Shown piece after piece: positions 26,689 to 35,874 of a stretch of 35,875 nucleotides of DNA. The DNA comes from Candidatus Micrarchaeota archaeon. Its GTDB lineage: Archaea > Iainarchaeota > Iainarchaeia > Iainarchaeales > JAGVWC01. Made by a program: the position numbers and the translations under genes. Location: positions 1 to 35,875 of the forward strand of contig JAHJAQ010000117.1 of the NCBI GenBank assembly GCA_018813975.1, written 5' to 3'. The notes under the pieces are model-generated. The model saw nothing but the letters and a program-made list of their open reading frames with translations. It was not told the origin of the DNA and ran no database searches. The stretch's first letter is position 1. Each line of letters begins with the position of its first letter.

Positions 26689-29086
26689 GCTTTTTTTCTT
26701 CTAGTGCAATGATTAGCTTGGTTTTTAACACACTATCAGGATTTAGGGAAATACTATCAATGCCCTCTTGTACTAAAAAAGCCGCAAAATCCGGAAAATC
26801 ACTGGGGGCTTGGCCGCAAATACCAATTTTTCGTTTGTGTTGTTTGCTTCGTTGAATGACTTGTTGTACCAATCGTTTTACAGCTGCATTGCGTTCATCA
26901 TACAATCCCGCTACCAATTCAGAATCTCGATCCAATCCCAAGGTTAATTGGGTTAAATCATTGGTTCCAATGGAAAAACCATCAAAAATCTGGGCAAACT
27001 CATGTGCTAGTATAACATTAGAGGGCACTTCGCACATTACAAAAACTATTAATCCATTTTGGCCTTGTACAAGCCCATTTTTTTTCATTTCTTGTAACAC
27101 TTTTTTTCCTTCTTCCACAGTCCTACAAAACGGTACCATGACTTGAACATTTTCAAGTCCTTTTTCTTCTCGTACCATCCGAATGGCTTGGCATTCCAGT
27201 GCAAAAGCGCCTTGAAATTTTTTTGAATAATACCGTGAAGCACCTCTCCAACCCAGCATGGGATTTTCTTCTATTGGTTCAAATTCTTTTCCGCCAATCA
27301 GATTGGCATATTCATTGCTTTTAAAATCGGAAAATCGCACGATAACCTGTTTGGGGTAAAAAGCAGCGCCTAACAAGGCAATTCCTTCTGCTAGTTTGTC
27401 CACAAAAAACTGTTTTTTGTCTTGATATCCTGCTGTTAGTTCTGTAATGCGCTTTTTGGCAGCAACATCTTTTAGGATGTCAAAATGAATAAGAGCAAGG
27501 GGGTGAATTCTAATATGGTCACTAATAATAAATTCTTCTCGAGCCAATCCAATACCATCACACGGCAAAAAACTATATTCAAACGCTCTGCTGGGATCGG
27601 CTAGGTTTATCATTACCTTGGTATGGGTTTTTGGAATGGTTTTCAAATCCACTACTTTTTTTTCAAATGGTAATGTTCCCTCATAAATTTTTCCCGTGCT
27701 GCCTTCACAACAACTCACGGTAATTTTTTTTCCGTTTGGAATAGTTTCAGTGGCATTATTGCATCCTACTATTGCCGGAATACCCAATTCTCTACTTACA
27801 ATGGCGGAATGGCTGGTCCTTCCTCCTCGATTGGTTACAATGGCGGCAGCTAGTTTCATAATGGGTTCCCAATCAGGGTCGGTGGTATCGGTTACTAGTA
27901 CTTCTCCTTTTTGAAACGTACTAATCTGATTAACATTTTTGATGATGTGTGCTTTTCCAATTCCAATCTTTTCGCCAATGGATTGTCCCGTTGCCAGTAC
28001 GTTTCCTTTTTTTTTGAGAATATAACTTTCTAACAGGTTTTTGGGGCGCTGGCTTTGAACGGTTTCTGGCCTGGCTTGTACAATAAACAACTGATTGGTT
28101 TTGCCGTCTTTGGCCCATTCAATATCCATTGGTTTCCTGTGGCCGGCTTTTTTAGAATAATATTTTTCGATTTCCAATCCCCACTGTCCCAATTGTAGGG
28201 CTTCTTGTTCACTAATACAATATTGTTTTTGTTCTTGGGAAGAAACCGGAACACTTTTGGTGCTTTGCTTTTCGCCTTGTGCGTAAACGATTTTGGTTCT
28301 TTTTTCGCCTTTTTTTTTGCTGAGCAATGCATTTTTTCTTTTTTCCAGGATTGGCTTGAACAAAATAAATTGATCCGGATTTACAATTCCTTTTACAATG
28401 CTTTCTCCCAAGCCATAAGAAGCATTGATAATAATCGCGTTTTCAAAACCGGTTTCCGTGTCCAAAGTGAATAGCACGCCACTGCTGGCAAGATCAGAGC
28501 GCACCATTTTTTGCACGCCAATCGACAAGGCCACAGAAAATAATCCAAATCCTTTGTCCTGGCGATAGGATATGGCTCGGTTTGTGAATAAAGAAGCAAA
28601 GCATTTTTGACAAGCCTCTAACAAAGGTTCTTTTTCCTGGATATTCAAATAGCTTTCTTGTTGACCAGCAAAACTAGCTTCCGGCAGGTCTTCTGCGGTT
28701 GCACTGCTTCTAACCGCGACATCAGGATTTTTGCCATATTGTAATCCTAGCTTTTGATACGCTGTTATAATGGGCTCTCTAATTTCGCTTGGAATAGTGG
28801 CATGTAAAATCATTTCTCGAATTTTTTTCCCTTTCTCTGCTAATTGGGAGAAATTTTTAGTATTCAATCCTTTTAATTCGCTTTGGATTTTTTTGTGTAA
28901 ACCAGTTTTTTCCAAGAATACATGATAGGCGTGTGCCGTAACACAAAATCCATTGGGAACTCGGATTCCTGTGGGAGTCAAAAAACGATACATTTCTCCT
29001 AGAGAAGCATTCTTACCGCCCACAATGGCAATATCATTCAAGTCTATTTGATCAAACCACAGTATAATCGCATCTTTTTTGGACAA
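26663..29086 (-). CDS. ppsA: Phosphoenolpyruvate synthase (pyruvate, water dikinase)
   Basis: VGGKNASLGEM, AVRSSATAEDLPEASFAGQQE, DIEWAKDG, VQARPETV, GGRTSHSAIVSRE, ENPMLGWRGA, GICGQAPSD. Confidence 0.97.
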   Translation of the reverse strand: MSKKDAIILWFDQIDLNDIAIVGGKNASLGEMYRFLTPTGIRVPNGFCVTAHAYHVFLEKTGLHKKIQSELKGLNTKNFSQLAEKGKKIREMILHATIPSEIREPIITAYQKLGLQYGKNPDVAVRSSATAEDLPEASFAGQQESYLNIQEKEPLLEACQKCFASLFTNRAISYRQDKGFGLFSVALSIGVQKMVRSDLASSGVLFTLDTETGFENAIIINASYGLGESIVKGIVNPDQFILFKPILEKRKNALLSKKKGEKRTKIVYAQGEKQSTKSVPVSSQEQKQYCISEQEALQLGQWGLEIEKYYSKKAGHRKPMDIEWAKDGKTNQLFIVQARPETVQSQRPKNLLESYILKKKGNVLATGQSIGEKIGIGKAHIIKNVNQISTFQKGEVLVTDTTDPDWEPIMKLAAAIVTNRGGRTSHSAIVSRELGIPAIVGCNNATETIPNGKKITVSCCEGSTGKIYEGTLPFEKKVVDLKTIPKTHTKVMINLADPSRAFEYSFLPCDGIGLAREEFIISDHIRIHPLALIHFDILKDVAAKKRITELTAGYQDKKQFFVDKLAEGIALLGAAFYPKQVIVRFSDFKSNEYANLIGGKEFEPIEENPMLGWRGASRYYSKKFQGAFALECQAIRMVREEKGLENVQVMVPFCRTVEEGKKVLQEMKKNGLVQGQNGLIVFVMCEVPSNVILAHEFAQIFDGFSIGTNDLTQLTLGLDRDSELVAGLYDERNAAVKRLVQQVIQRSKQHKRKIGICGQAPSDFPDFAAFLVQEGIDSISLNPDSVLKTKLIIALEEKKLMHWKKKL

Positions 29087-29113
29087 GTTCCCACCTTTTT
29101 TTTTGAATAATTT

Positions 29114-29734
29114 TTATTCGGTTCTGGATTCGTTTTCAGTAATTTCAATGGTGTGGTCGCAAAACTGGCTAATCACGCGAATCGTGTCCTGGTTTTCTTT
29201 GAGTCGGACCATTAGAAAAATGCCTAGTGCTTGCAGGCCACGAATTTTTCCAACCAACTGGTGCACGAATTTTTCCAGGGGTTCTGGTTTGTTGTACAAT
29301 AACAAGGTGGATAGAGAATCCAAGATTAAAAATTGTTGGTTTTTCGGGTTTTTCTCCAATGCTTGTTCTATTTGCATGGTTAATTCTAACAAGTTTTTTG
29401 GACTTTCCAAATAATGTACATTCTCGCCAGAAAGCTTTTCAGTTCCCGCTGTCTCACTCACTAAATCCACGAAAACGGTTTTTTGATCTTCCAGCACTTT
29501 TTGAGGGGAATCAAAAAGGTTTACCAGTGCTTTGTTAACCGAAACAAAAACGCCATTATCGGATCGCTTTTTCAAAAAATCGAGTAATCCGGTTTGAATG
29601 GCAGAATAATGGTCACTTTCAATAACCACTAGTACTACATTAGGTTTTTTGATTTCACTTAAAGCGCTTTCTAATTTTACTTCTACTCTTTTTTCCGGGT
29701 CCAATAATGATTCTAATGATTCTTTTTTGTCCAC
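29114..29734 (-). CDS. Inactive RecA/KaiC-fold protein lacking Walker A
   Basis: GVFVSVNK, FVDLVS, FLILDSLSTLLLYN, QFCDHTIEI; directly downstream of the KaiC-like ATPase. Confidence 0.7.
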   Translation of the reverse strand: MDKKESLESLLDPEKRVEVKLESALSEIKKPNVVLVVIESDHYSAIQTGLLDFLKKRSDNGVFVSVNKALVNLFDSPQKVLEDQKTVFVDLVSETAGTEKLSGENVHYLESPKNLLELTMQIEQALEKNPKNQQFLILDSLSTLLLYNKPEPLEKFVHQLVGKIRGLQALGIFLMVRLKENQDTIRVISQFCDHTIEITENESRTE

Positions 29735-29746
29735 TATTGTTCCCCC

Positions 29747-30496
29747 TTATAGTTCTTCGAATAATTCTTGTTTGGATAATACTCGAAGCCCATTCGCGCC
29801 AATTTCAATGGGGTGTAATTTTTCACTGATTTTGGTTCCGCGCATTTTGAGTACGCCAATACTTCGAATAAAACGATTTTCGAGTTTAGTATGATATAAT
29901 AGTATTACTCCATCTGCCACAAACTCTTCCAATCCAAACAAAGAACTGATTTTATCCAGGCTGAGCTCATTGGTGATGATTGTGGTTACATTAATGCGCT
30001 TGAGCATTTTTCCCAGTATTAAAATGGTTTTTCGTGCTTCTAACTCTCGTTCAAAAAACAACCTAAAAACCACGCCAGGATCTATTACCAGTCTTTTGGC
30101 TTTAATGCGTTCTACTGCTTCTTCTATCGTGTTTTTGAGTTTGTCAAAATCATAGAGCGAAACAGTTTCAATCAATAGTTTTCTTTGTTGAATTAGAGTG
30201 GAAAAATCATATCCATAATAAGCCGCTTCTTTAATGATTTCCGGTTCGCTTTCTTCTAAGGAAATATATACGCCTGGTTCTTCATAGTCATTAGCCCCTC
30301 CATACAAGAATCGATAGCAAAAATTGGTTTTTCCGCTACCCGGATCGCCTGTTACCACCAATAAGTTTCCTTCCGGAACCCCTCCTCCAACAAGCTCGTC
30401 AAATCCCGGAACGCCCGAGCGAATGCGCTTGGGATGCAAGTGAATGGTGTTGGTACTGGTTTTAGAAGCGGTTTTAGCAGTGGTTTTTTGGGCCAT
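29747..30496 (-). CDS. Single-domain KaiC/RAD55-family ATPase
   Basis: SGVPGFDELVGGG, Walker A GDPGSGKT, YISLEE, RLVID, EEFVADGVI, VLKMRGT. Confidence 0.92.
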   Translation of the reverse strand: MAQKTTAKTASKTSTNTIHLHPKRIRSGVPGFDELVGGGVPEGNLLVVTGDPGSGKTNFCYRFLYGGANDYEEPGVYISLEESEPEIIKEAAYYGYDFSTLIQQRKLLIETVSLYDFDKLKNTIEEAVERIKAKRLVIDPGVVFRLFFERELEARKTILILGKMLKRINVTTIITNELSLDKISSLFGLEEFVADGVILLYHTKLENRFIRSIGVLKMRGTKISEKLHPIEIGANGLRVLSKQELFEEL

Positions 30497-30596
30497 GATA
30501 TTTTCTATTATTAATCATTGTTTAAATAGATTCGCTCAATACTGCCTGTTTTTTTGCTAAAATCGAGTTTTTAGTTCAATTCTCGTTCCCGATACC

Positions 30597-30604
30597 TTTA
30601 AATA
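30597..30604 (+). promoter_or_regulatory. TATA box of the pilin gene
   Basis: TTTAAATA preceded by ccgatacc, about 68 nt upstream of the pilin start; strong AGGAGG RBS at 30658-30663. Confidence 0.55.
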
Positions 30605-30671
30605 TCAAAAATACTGTATTTCGTTAGCTTTTAACTGTTAAAACGTTTTAACTAAAAAGGAGGAATGAAAA

Positions 30672-31112
30672 TTGAGATTCAATCAAAAAGGACAATCCGC
30701 CCTTGAATACCTAATGACGTATGGATGGGCACTTGTTGTGATTGTCGTAGTCGTAGCAGCCCTAGTCTTACTAGTCGGAAACCCAGCAGAAGCAGGCGAC
30801 ACTTGCTCCGGACCCGGTGCAGGCCTTAATATCACCAATCAAGAACTCGGTACAAGTGGTTGGGACTTGGTTATAAGCAACATTTCGGGCCGATCCATAA
30901 CTGCAGTTACGCCAACTGGTGTTAGCTCACCCACCCCAACCGTTGAAGGAACATACACGCCTTTTACTATGACCCCTGGTGAAGAAGTCACGCTAACAAC
31001 CGCAGCAGGAACTTTTGTTGCTGATACCCACTATCGAACAGAATTTAGTGTAGACTATCACGACGGAGACTTTACTAGAACCGTTACATTCTCTTGCAAC
31101 GGAACAGCATAA
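30672..31112 (+). CDS. Type IV pilin-like protein with class III signal peptide
   Basis: MRFNQKG|QSALEYLMTYGWALVVIVVVVAAL; Thr/Gly-rich beta domain with two Cys; TTG start 8 nt after GGAGG. Confidence 0.92.
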   Translation: MRFNQKGQSALEYLMTYGWALVVIVVVVAALVLLVGNPAEAGDTCSGPGAGLNITNQELGTSGWDLVISNISGRSITAVTPTGVSSPTPTVEGTYTPFTMTPGEEVTLTTAAGTFVADTHYRTEFSVDYHDGDFTRTVTFSCNGTA

Positions 31113-31120
31113 ATCAGCTA

Positions 31121-31238
31121 ACTTTTTTTCTATTTCTTTTTTTTTAGTTTCTTAGCAGCTAATGCTATCTTCTGCTTTTTTTGAATCAGTTAAGATAGCT
31201 CAGAATAAGGGCTGGCAAAAAGCATTCTTATAACTGAG
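31121..31238. terminator. T-tracts and imperfect hairpin between the convergent pilin and tadC genes
   Basis: Long T runs just after the pilin stop; ctcagaataag...cttataactgag imperfect inverted repeat at 31199-31238. Confidence 0.45.
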
Positions 31239-31239
31239 A

Positions 31240-32241
31240 TTACAACAGGGTTCCGAATACCTCTGTTAGCACCAATCGGATTACATAAAACAAGAGCAAG
31301 CTAATCACGAGAATAATAGGAAAAAACTTTATTCCGGCTTTTTCTTTTCCACTATTGATTACGCCAATGGTCATGGCAGCGAATACCGCTGTAAAAAACA
31401 TGGCCACTATCGAAAAAAACACGACAAAATCCGGCGTAATTAATATTTCTCTTTCTCCACTCGGAATAAAACTGGTTATTTGCGATACTCTTCCTCCTGC
31501 TTGTTGGATCATTTCCGGGTCAATAGTGGGCAGGTCTTGTAATTGGGTCGTAAGAATTTGCGTGATAAAGCTCGAAACACCAAACAATACCGGAGCACCA
31601 AACGCCGCTGAAACCAAAATCAATAGAATGTACAAGCTCATTTCTGCTTTGCCTTCATCTTGAATGGCGCGTTGTTCGCGCAAATCATCACTTAGTTGGG
31701 TTAGCAAATCCGCGATTTGGCCTCCGCTTTGAATTCCTTTTGCAATCAGCCATAACGTTCTTTCGAATACCACGGATTTTACGCGCGAACTCATGTTAAT
31801 CAGGGCGCGTTCCATGCCTTCTCCTGCTAAAATTTCTCGGCTGGCATGCTTGAGTTCTTTTTCCAAGGGACCAAATTCTGGTCTGGCTGAAACAAATAAT
31901 GCGCGTTCCGTGGTTAAACCGCTTTTAATATTAGAGGCAATTAATTGCAAGGCGTCTGGTAGCATGATCTCTACTTTTTGGCCTTTGGCTTCTGCCGCCA
32001 TGTTGAGCCACATGTAAATGCCACCCACAAATAATACAAAGGTTCCAAAAAAGCCGAACAAAAAGTGCAAGTCAAATAACAACCAAAGGTTTACCGCTAT
32101 TCCAATGCTAATTGCAAAACCAAAGGCGAGTAAAAATCCAAGAAACTTTTTTTCGTCGATAGTAATGCCTAGATAATTGAGGGATTTGGTTATTTTGTCT
32201 CCAAATCCTTTGGGTACAATTGCGGCAATGCGTTGGTACAT
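31240..32241 (-). CDS. Type II secretion system F-domain (TadC-like) pilus platform protein
   Basis: LPDALQLIASNIKSGLT, FGPLEKE, GIQSGGQIADLL, multiple TM segments. Confidence 0.9.
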   Translation of the reverse strand: MYQRIAAIVPKGFGDKITKSLNYLGITIDEKKFLGFLLAFGFAISIGIAVNLWLLFDLHFLFGFFGTFVLFVGGIYMWLNMAAEAKGQKVEIMLPDALQLIASNIKSGLTTERALFVSARPEFGPLEKELKHASREILAGEGMERALINMSSRVKSVVFERTLWLIAKGIQSGGQIADLLTQLSDDLREQRAIQDEGKAEMSLYILLILVSAAFGAPVLFGVSSFITQILTTQLQDLPTIDPEMIQQAGGRVSQITSFIPSGEREILITPDFVVFFSIVAMFFTAVFAAMTIGVINSGKEKAGIKFFPIILVISLLLFYVIRLVLTEVFGTLL

Positions 32242-32245
32242 TTTT

Positions 32246-33178
32246 TCATCCTTCTGCTAGCAAGCTGGGTCGCTTGCTTTTTAATAATCCTACAAACATT
32301 ACTTGTGCTAGAATTAATCCTCCTAAAAAAGCCCATAATAGTTCTTGGGTAATGGGGATTTGGGGAAAGGTTGAAAGAATAATCATAAATGTTAATCCTA
32401 ATGCCGGAATGATTACGCCCAGCATCATATACATCAAAGATAATAAGCGCAAAGAAGCACTGTATTTTTTAATTTGAATGATTTGTTCTTTGGTCATGGC
32501 TCGAACCAATTCGCTTAAAACCTTGGTAATATCTGCACCAGCTTTCATGCCATTTATAACCTGCCATAAGGCTCTTCGATAAAACAAGGAAGGATTGCGC
32601 ATGACTGAATGCTGTAAGGCTTCTTCTTCTGGAATTCCAGTATTAATTTCATCCACGACTCTTCGAAACTCCGTGCTCAAATATCCATACGCGCCATCTG
32701 CAACTAGTGAAAGCGCGTCAAACAAAGTGACGCCAGAGCGAATTTGGACGGTAATGGTTCGCAAGCCAAATATGAGGTTTTTTTCCAAATTTCGAATCTT
32801 TTTTTTGATTCGAACTCTGGGATAAATCGATACTTGTACTAGGATTAGAATAGCAAAAATAAATCCAATTATGGGTCCGATTAGCAATCCAAGGGTTGGA
32901 TCTACCTCTAAAATGCCCTTGGTTTGGGCTATCAAACTAATAATACTGATTAGAATGGTCCATATTATAAAATGCGATAATGCTACAACAAAGCCCATGG
33001 AAACGTATTCATCTACATCCATGTCAATATCGGCTTGTTCTAGTTCTAGTTTTAAATAGGGTAATAGTTTGCCTATGAATGCGCCAATTCCCATGGTTTT
33101 TTGGCTCAAGCGTTGTAACACCTGAGCGGGCAAGGGGCTCATGGGAATTTTAATGGGGCCGCGGTTTCTATGGGAAAT
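32246..33178 (-). CDS. Type II secretion system F-domain (TadB/TadC-like) pilus platform protein
   Basis: IRSGVTLFDAL, YGYLSTEF, INGMKAGADI, TM segments; first ATG at 33142, but the RBS points to an in-frame ATT at 33178. Confidence 0.88.
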   Translation of the reverse strand: MSHRNRGPIKIPMSPLPAQVLQRLSQKTMGIGAFIGKLLPYLKLELEQADIDMDVDEYVSMGFVVALSHFIIWTILISIISLIAQTKGILEVDPTLGLLIGPIIGFIFAILILVQVSIYPRVRIKKKIRNLEKNLIFGLRTITVQIRSGVTLFDALSLVADGAYGYLSTEFRRVVDEINTGIPEEEALQHSVMRNPSLFYRRALWQVINGMKAGADITKVLSELVRAMTKEQIIQIKKYSASLRLLSLMYMMLGVIIPALGLTFMIILSTFPQIPITQELLWAFLGGLILAQVMFVGLLKSKRPSLLAEG

Positions 33179-33181
33179 GGG

Positions 33182-34894
33182 TTATTCCTCCTTTGGCTTG
33201 ACTAAAGCGCTTTCTTTTAAAAAATCCGGGACAAAATCTTTTTGCATCCAATCCACTACTTTTTCTTCATCCATATAATATTCCGCCATAATTCTTCCCA
33301 CTAATTGTACATTGTGAATATTGTGTTTGACCATCCAATCCAATATTTTTTGTTTGGTATCCAGTTCTTTTTCCATGGTTTGTTGATTCATGCCCGTATG
33401 CAAGCTTAATTCATCCAAAAATCGAATGCTATCTGCGTTTTTTACAATTTCATCAGTAGCCGGTTTCCAACGATACAATACATTGGCGTGTAATACATCA
33501 TCCGCTCCTCTTTTTTCAGGTACTAATTCGGATAGTTGGAGTACTCTTCTAACTCCTAGTCGTCGGTTTCGAAACATAACTAGGTTTAAGTGAACCGCTT
33601 CGAGCATGGTGGCAGGTACATTAACAGGTGGATTAATAAGCCTTCGAATGGTTTCTTGAGAAGTATTCGCGTGAAACGTAGTATATACCGAGTGGCCCGT
33701 GTGCATTCCCTCAAACATTACTTCTGCTTCTTTTTGTCGCCTAACCTCTCCCACAATTAGTCTATCGGGGCGCATGCGCAAACTATTTACAAGCAAATCC
33801 AGCATTTCCACGCCTCCTTTTCCTTCTGCGCTTGGTTCTCTGGTTGTCATGGGCACCCAATGCAAAAATTCCGGGAGTTGAATTTCTCTGGTGTCCTCTA
33901 TGGATATAATTCTATGATTGGGTTGGACAAAGGGCAGCATTACATTTAGAATGCTGGTTTTGCCGCTAGCAGTTCCCCCTGAAATCAGAATGTTCATTTC
34001 GTATTGCATGGCCAGCCAGACTAAGGCCATGATTTCGCTGTTAACGGTTTTGTTTCGAATAAAATCGGTTACGGTCCAAGGATCTCTGCGAAACCTTCGA
34101 ATGGTAATGGTATTTCCCCTGCTTGAAATGGGAAACAAGGTAGCGTTTGCTCGGTCTCCGGTTATTAAGTGGGCATCTAATAAGGGATTGAGGGTAGTGA
34201 TTTGTTTTCCCACTCTTCTTGCAATAATGCTTGCAAAGTTTTGAATTTCTTCTTCTGGTTGAATAAAAATATTGGTTTTTAACCATCCAAACTTTTTGTT
34301 GTACACCCAAATTGCTTCGCGCGCTGAATTCACTACTATTTCTTCTAGGTTTCCATCGGCTAATAAGAATTCTATTTTGCCCAAGCCCAGCATTTCGTGT
34401 AACAAAATAGTAATGAGAATTTTTTTGGTGTCGTTATCTACGTGGGGTAATTCCTGTTCGAGGATTTTACTGGCTCTTCCTTCAAATTTTTCTTTGAGGG
34501 CGCGAATAAATTTGGGGTCTAGCATTTTTTCGGTTCGAATTGTGGCATCACTAATAATCGTGTTTTTGAGATTGTTCAATAAGGCGCGCGTTCCAGGACC
34601 GTATTCGGGGAAATTCAAAAAATATTCTAGTACAAAATCGCCCGGGCGTTGAATAATATCAACCTCTATATCCACACCATCTACCACATTTTTGTAGGAT
34701 TCAATTACAATTTCTGGTTTGGTGAGAACAGTTCGAATAAGACCTTTTTCTTCTCTTCTGCCTGCGCTTAATAATTGTTGCGCGGTTTTAGCATCTACCC
34801 CGAGCTCTTTTAGGTTTTTGAGAATGCTTTCATCACTAGCACCTTTTTGAATCATCGCGCGAATGATTGGAATCGTGTTTCCTTGGTCGGTCAT
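33182..34894 (-). CDS. Type IV pilus/secretion ATPase (TadA/CpaF/VirB11 family)
   Basis: Walker A GGTASGKT, SIEDTREI, LRMRPDRLIVGEVR, MHTGH His box; start 34894 gives an ATGA overlap with the upstream gene. Confidence 0.95.
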   Translation of the reverse strand: MTDQGNTIPIIRAMIQKGASDESILKNLKELGVDAKTAQQLLSAGRREEKGLIRTVLTKPEIVIESYKNVVDGVDIEVDIIQRPGDFVLEYFLNFPEYGPGTRALLNNLKNTIISDATIRTEKMLDPKFIRALKEKFEGRASKILEQELPHVDNDTKKILITILLHEMLGLGKIEFLLADGNLEEIVVNSAREAIWVYNKKFGWLKTNIFIQPEEEIQNFASIIARRVGKQITTLNPLLDAHLITGDRANATLFPISSRGNTITIRRFRRDPWTVTDFIRNKTVNSEIMALVWLAMQYEMNILISGGTASGKTSILNVMLPFVQPNHRIISIEDTREIQLPEFLHWVPMTTREPSAEGKGGVEMLDLLVNSLRMRPDRLIVGEVRRQKEAEVMFEGMHTGHSVYTTFHANTSQETIRRLINPPVNVPATMLEAVHLNLVMFRNRRLGVRRVLQLSELVPEKRGADDVLHANVLYRWKPATDEIVKNADSIRFLDELSLHTGMNQQTMEKELDTKQKILDWMVKHNIHNVQLVGRIMAEYYMDEEKVVDWMQKDFVPDFLKESALVKPKEE

Positions 34895-35874
34895 TTCTTT
34901 CCCCATTTCTTTTTTCTAGTTCTAGCGTACTCCAAATCTACAATGTGACTGGGCCCAAAAGCCGAGTATTCTTGAATAAGCAAGTTGCTTTCTTCTAAAA
35001 TATCCACAACTTCTTTTACGCCTCTTTTATCCATTTTTAGTTCTTTGGCCAGTTCATCCAGTTTAATGCTTCCTCTTTCTCGAATAATCTCTAATATCTT
35101 GTCGAAATCGGTAATTAATTCTTTCTTTTCCAGTTCTTTTTCAATTCCCACTGGTTTTTTGCTTTTTTTCATGGGGGAAAACGGAATTTCAAATTTTTCC
35201 GGTGTTATTCGAATAGTTCCACTCGAGGTAGCCGGCTGGATTAAACCCACTAGCTTGGTAAACCCTTCTAACACGCGATTGGCGTCAATCGCACGAATGT
35301 TTTGTTCTACCTCGCTTCTAGACAACATATTTTTTTGCAATAACTCTTCAATCATAGATTGTAATTGTTTTATTTGTTGCGGATCTACTTTTCCAGCCGA
35401 TTTGTGATCAATCAATTTTTTGAGTTCTTCAATATCTTCTTTTCGAATGTGTACGGGATCGCTTGGAACCGAAATCCGTTTCACTACTTTTGTTTCTCGA
35501 ATTGGATGGGAAACGGGTCTTTGTTCTTTTTCATTTTTTGGTTTCATTCCGACTACTTCTTTTTCCATTTCTTGGAGTTGTATTTTTTCCACTTTTCTTG
35601 CCAATTGTCGTTCTTTTTTGAGTTGTGCCCTAATTTTATTTTCTTTTTTGGTTGGGGGTGATATGGGCGTTTCTTTCGGTTCTTCTATTTCCGGTTCTGT
35701 TTCTCTTGAAGGCAATTCTATTACTTGGCGTCTTTTAATTTCTTCTAATATTTCGCGCTGAATGATTTCTCGCTTGGACAAAACGGTTTTTGGTTTTGGA
35801 ATTCTTATTTTTTGGACTGGTCTTTGATCGGAAAAAATTGGTTTGTATTTGGTGGTAGTAATAATTTTTTGAAC
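34891..35874 (-). CDS. Hypothetical protein with charged low-complexity region and C-terminal winged-helix-like domain (5' end beyond window)
   Basis: Frame stays open from 35781 to the window edge (VQKIITTTKYKP...); C-terminal TDFDKILEIIRERGSIKLDELAKELKMD...ILEESNLL. Confidence 0.75.
   Translation of the reverse strand, partial: VQKIITTTKYKPIFSDQRPVQKIRIPKPKTVLSKREIIQREILEEIKRRQVIELPSRETEPEIEEPKETPISPPTKKENKIRAQLKKERQLARKVEKIQLQEMEKEVVGMKPKNEKEQRPVSHPIRETKVVKRISVPSDPVHIRKEDIEELKKLIDHKSAGKVDPQQIKQLQSMIEELLQKNMLSRSEVEQNIRAIDANRVLEGFTKLVGLIQPATSSGTIRITPEKFEIPFSPMKKSKKPVGIEKELEKKELITDFDKILEIIRERGSIKLDELAKELKMDKRGVKEVVDILEESNLLIQEYSAFGPSHIVDLEYARTRKKKWGKK

Noticed and set aside
29747..34894. Archaellum (arl/fla) operon
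   Set aside because: Two separate single-domain TadC genes rather than one ArlJ, a KG|Q-type pilin rather than an archaellin, and no ArlF/G
322..35761. Many short ORFs antisense to or overlapping the called genes (e.g. 4267-4827, 7900-8334, 21210-21767, 24650-25135, 34985-35407)
   Set aside because: They lie within well-supported genes, show no motifs and look like shadow frames
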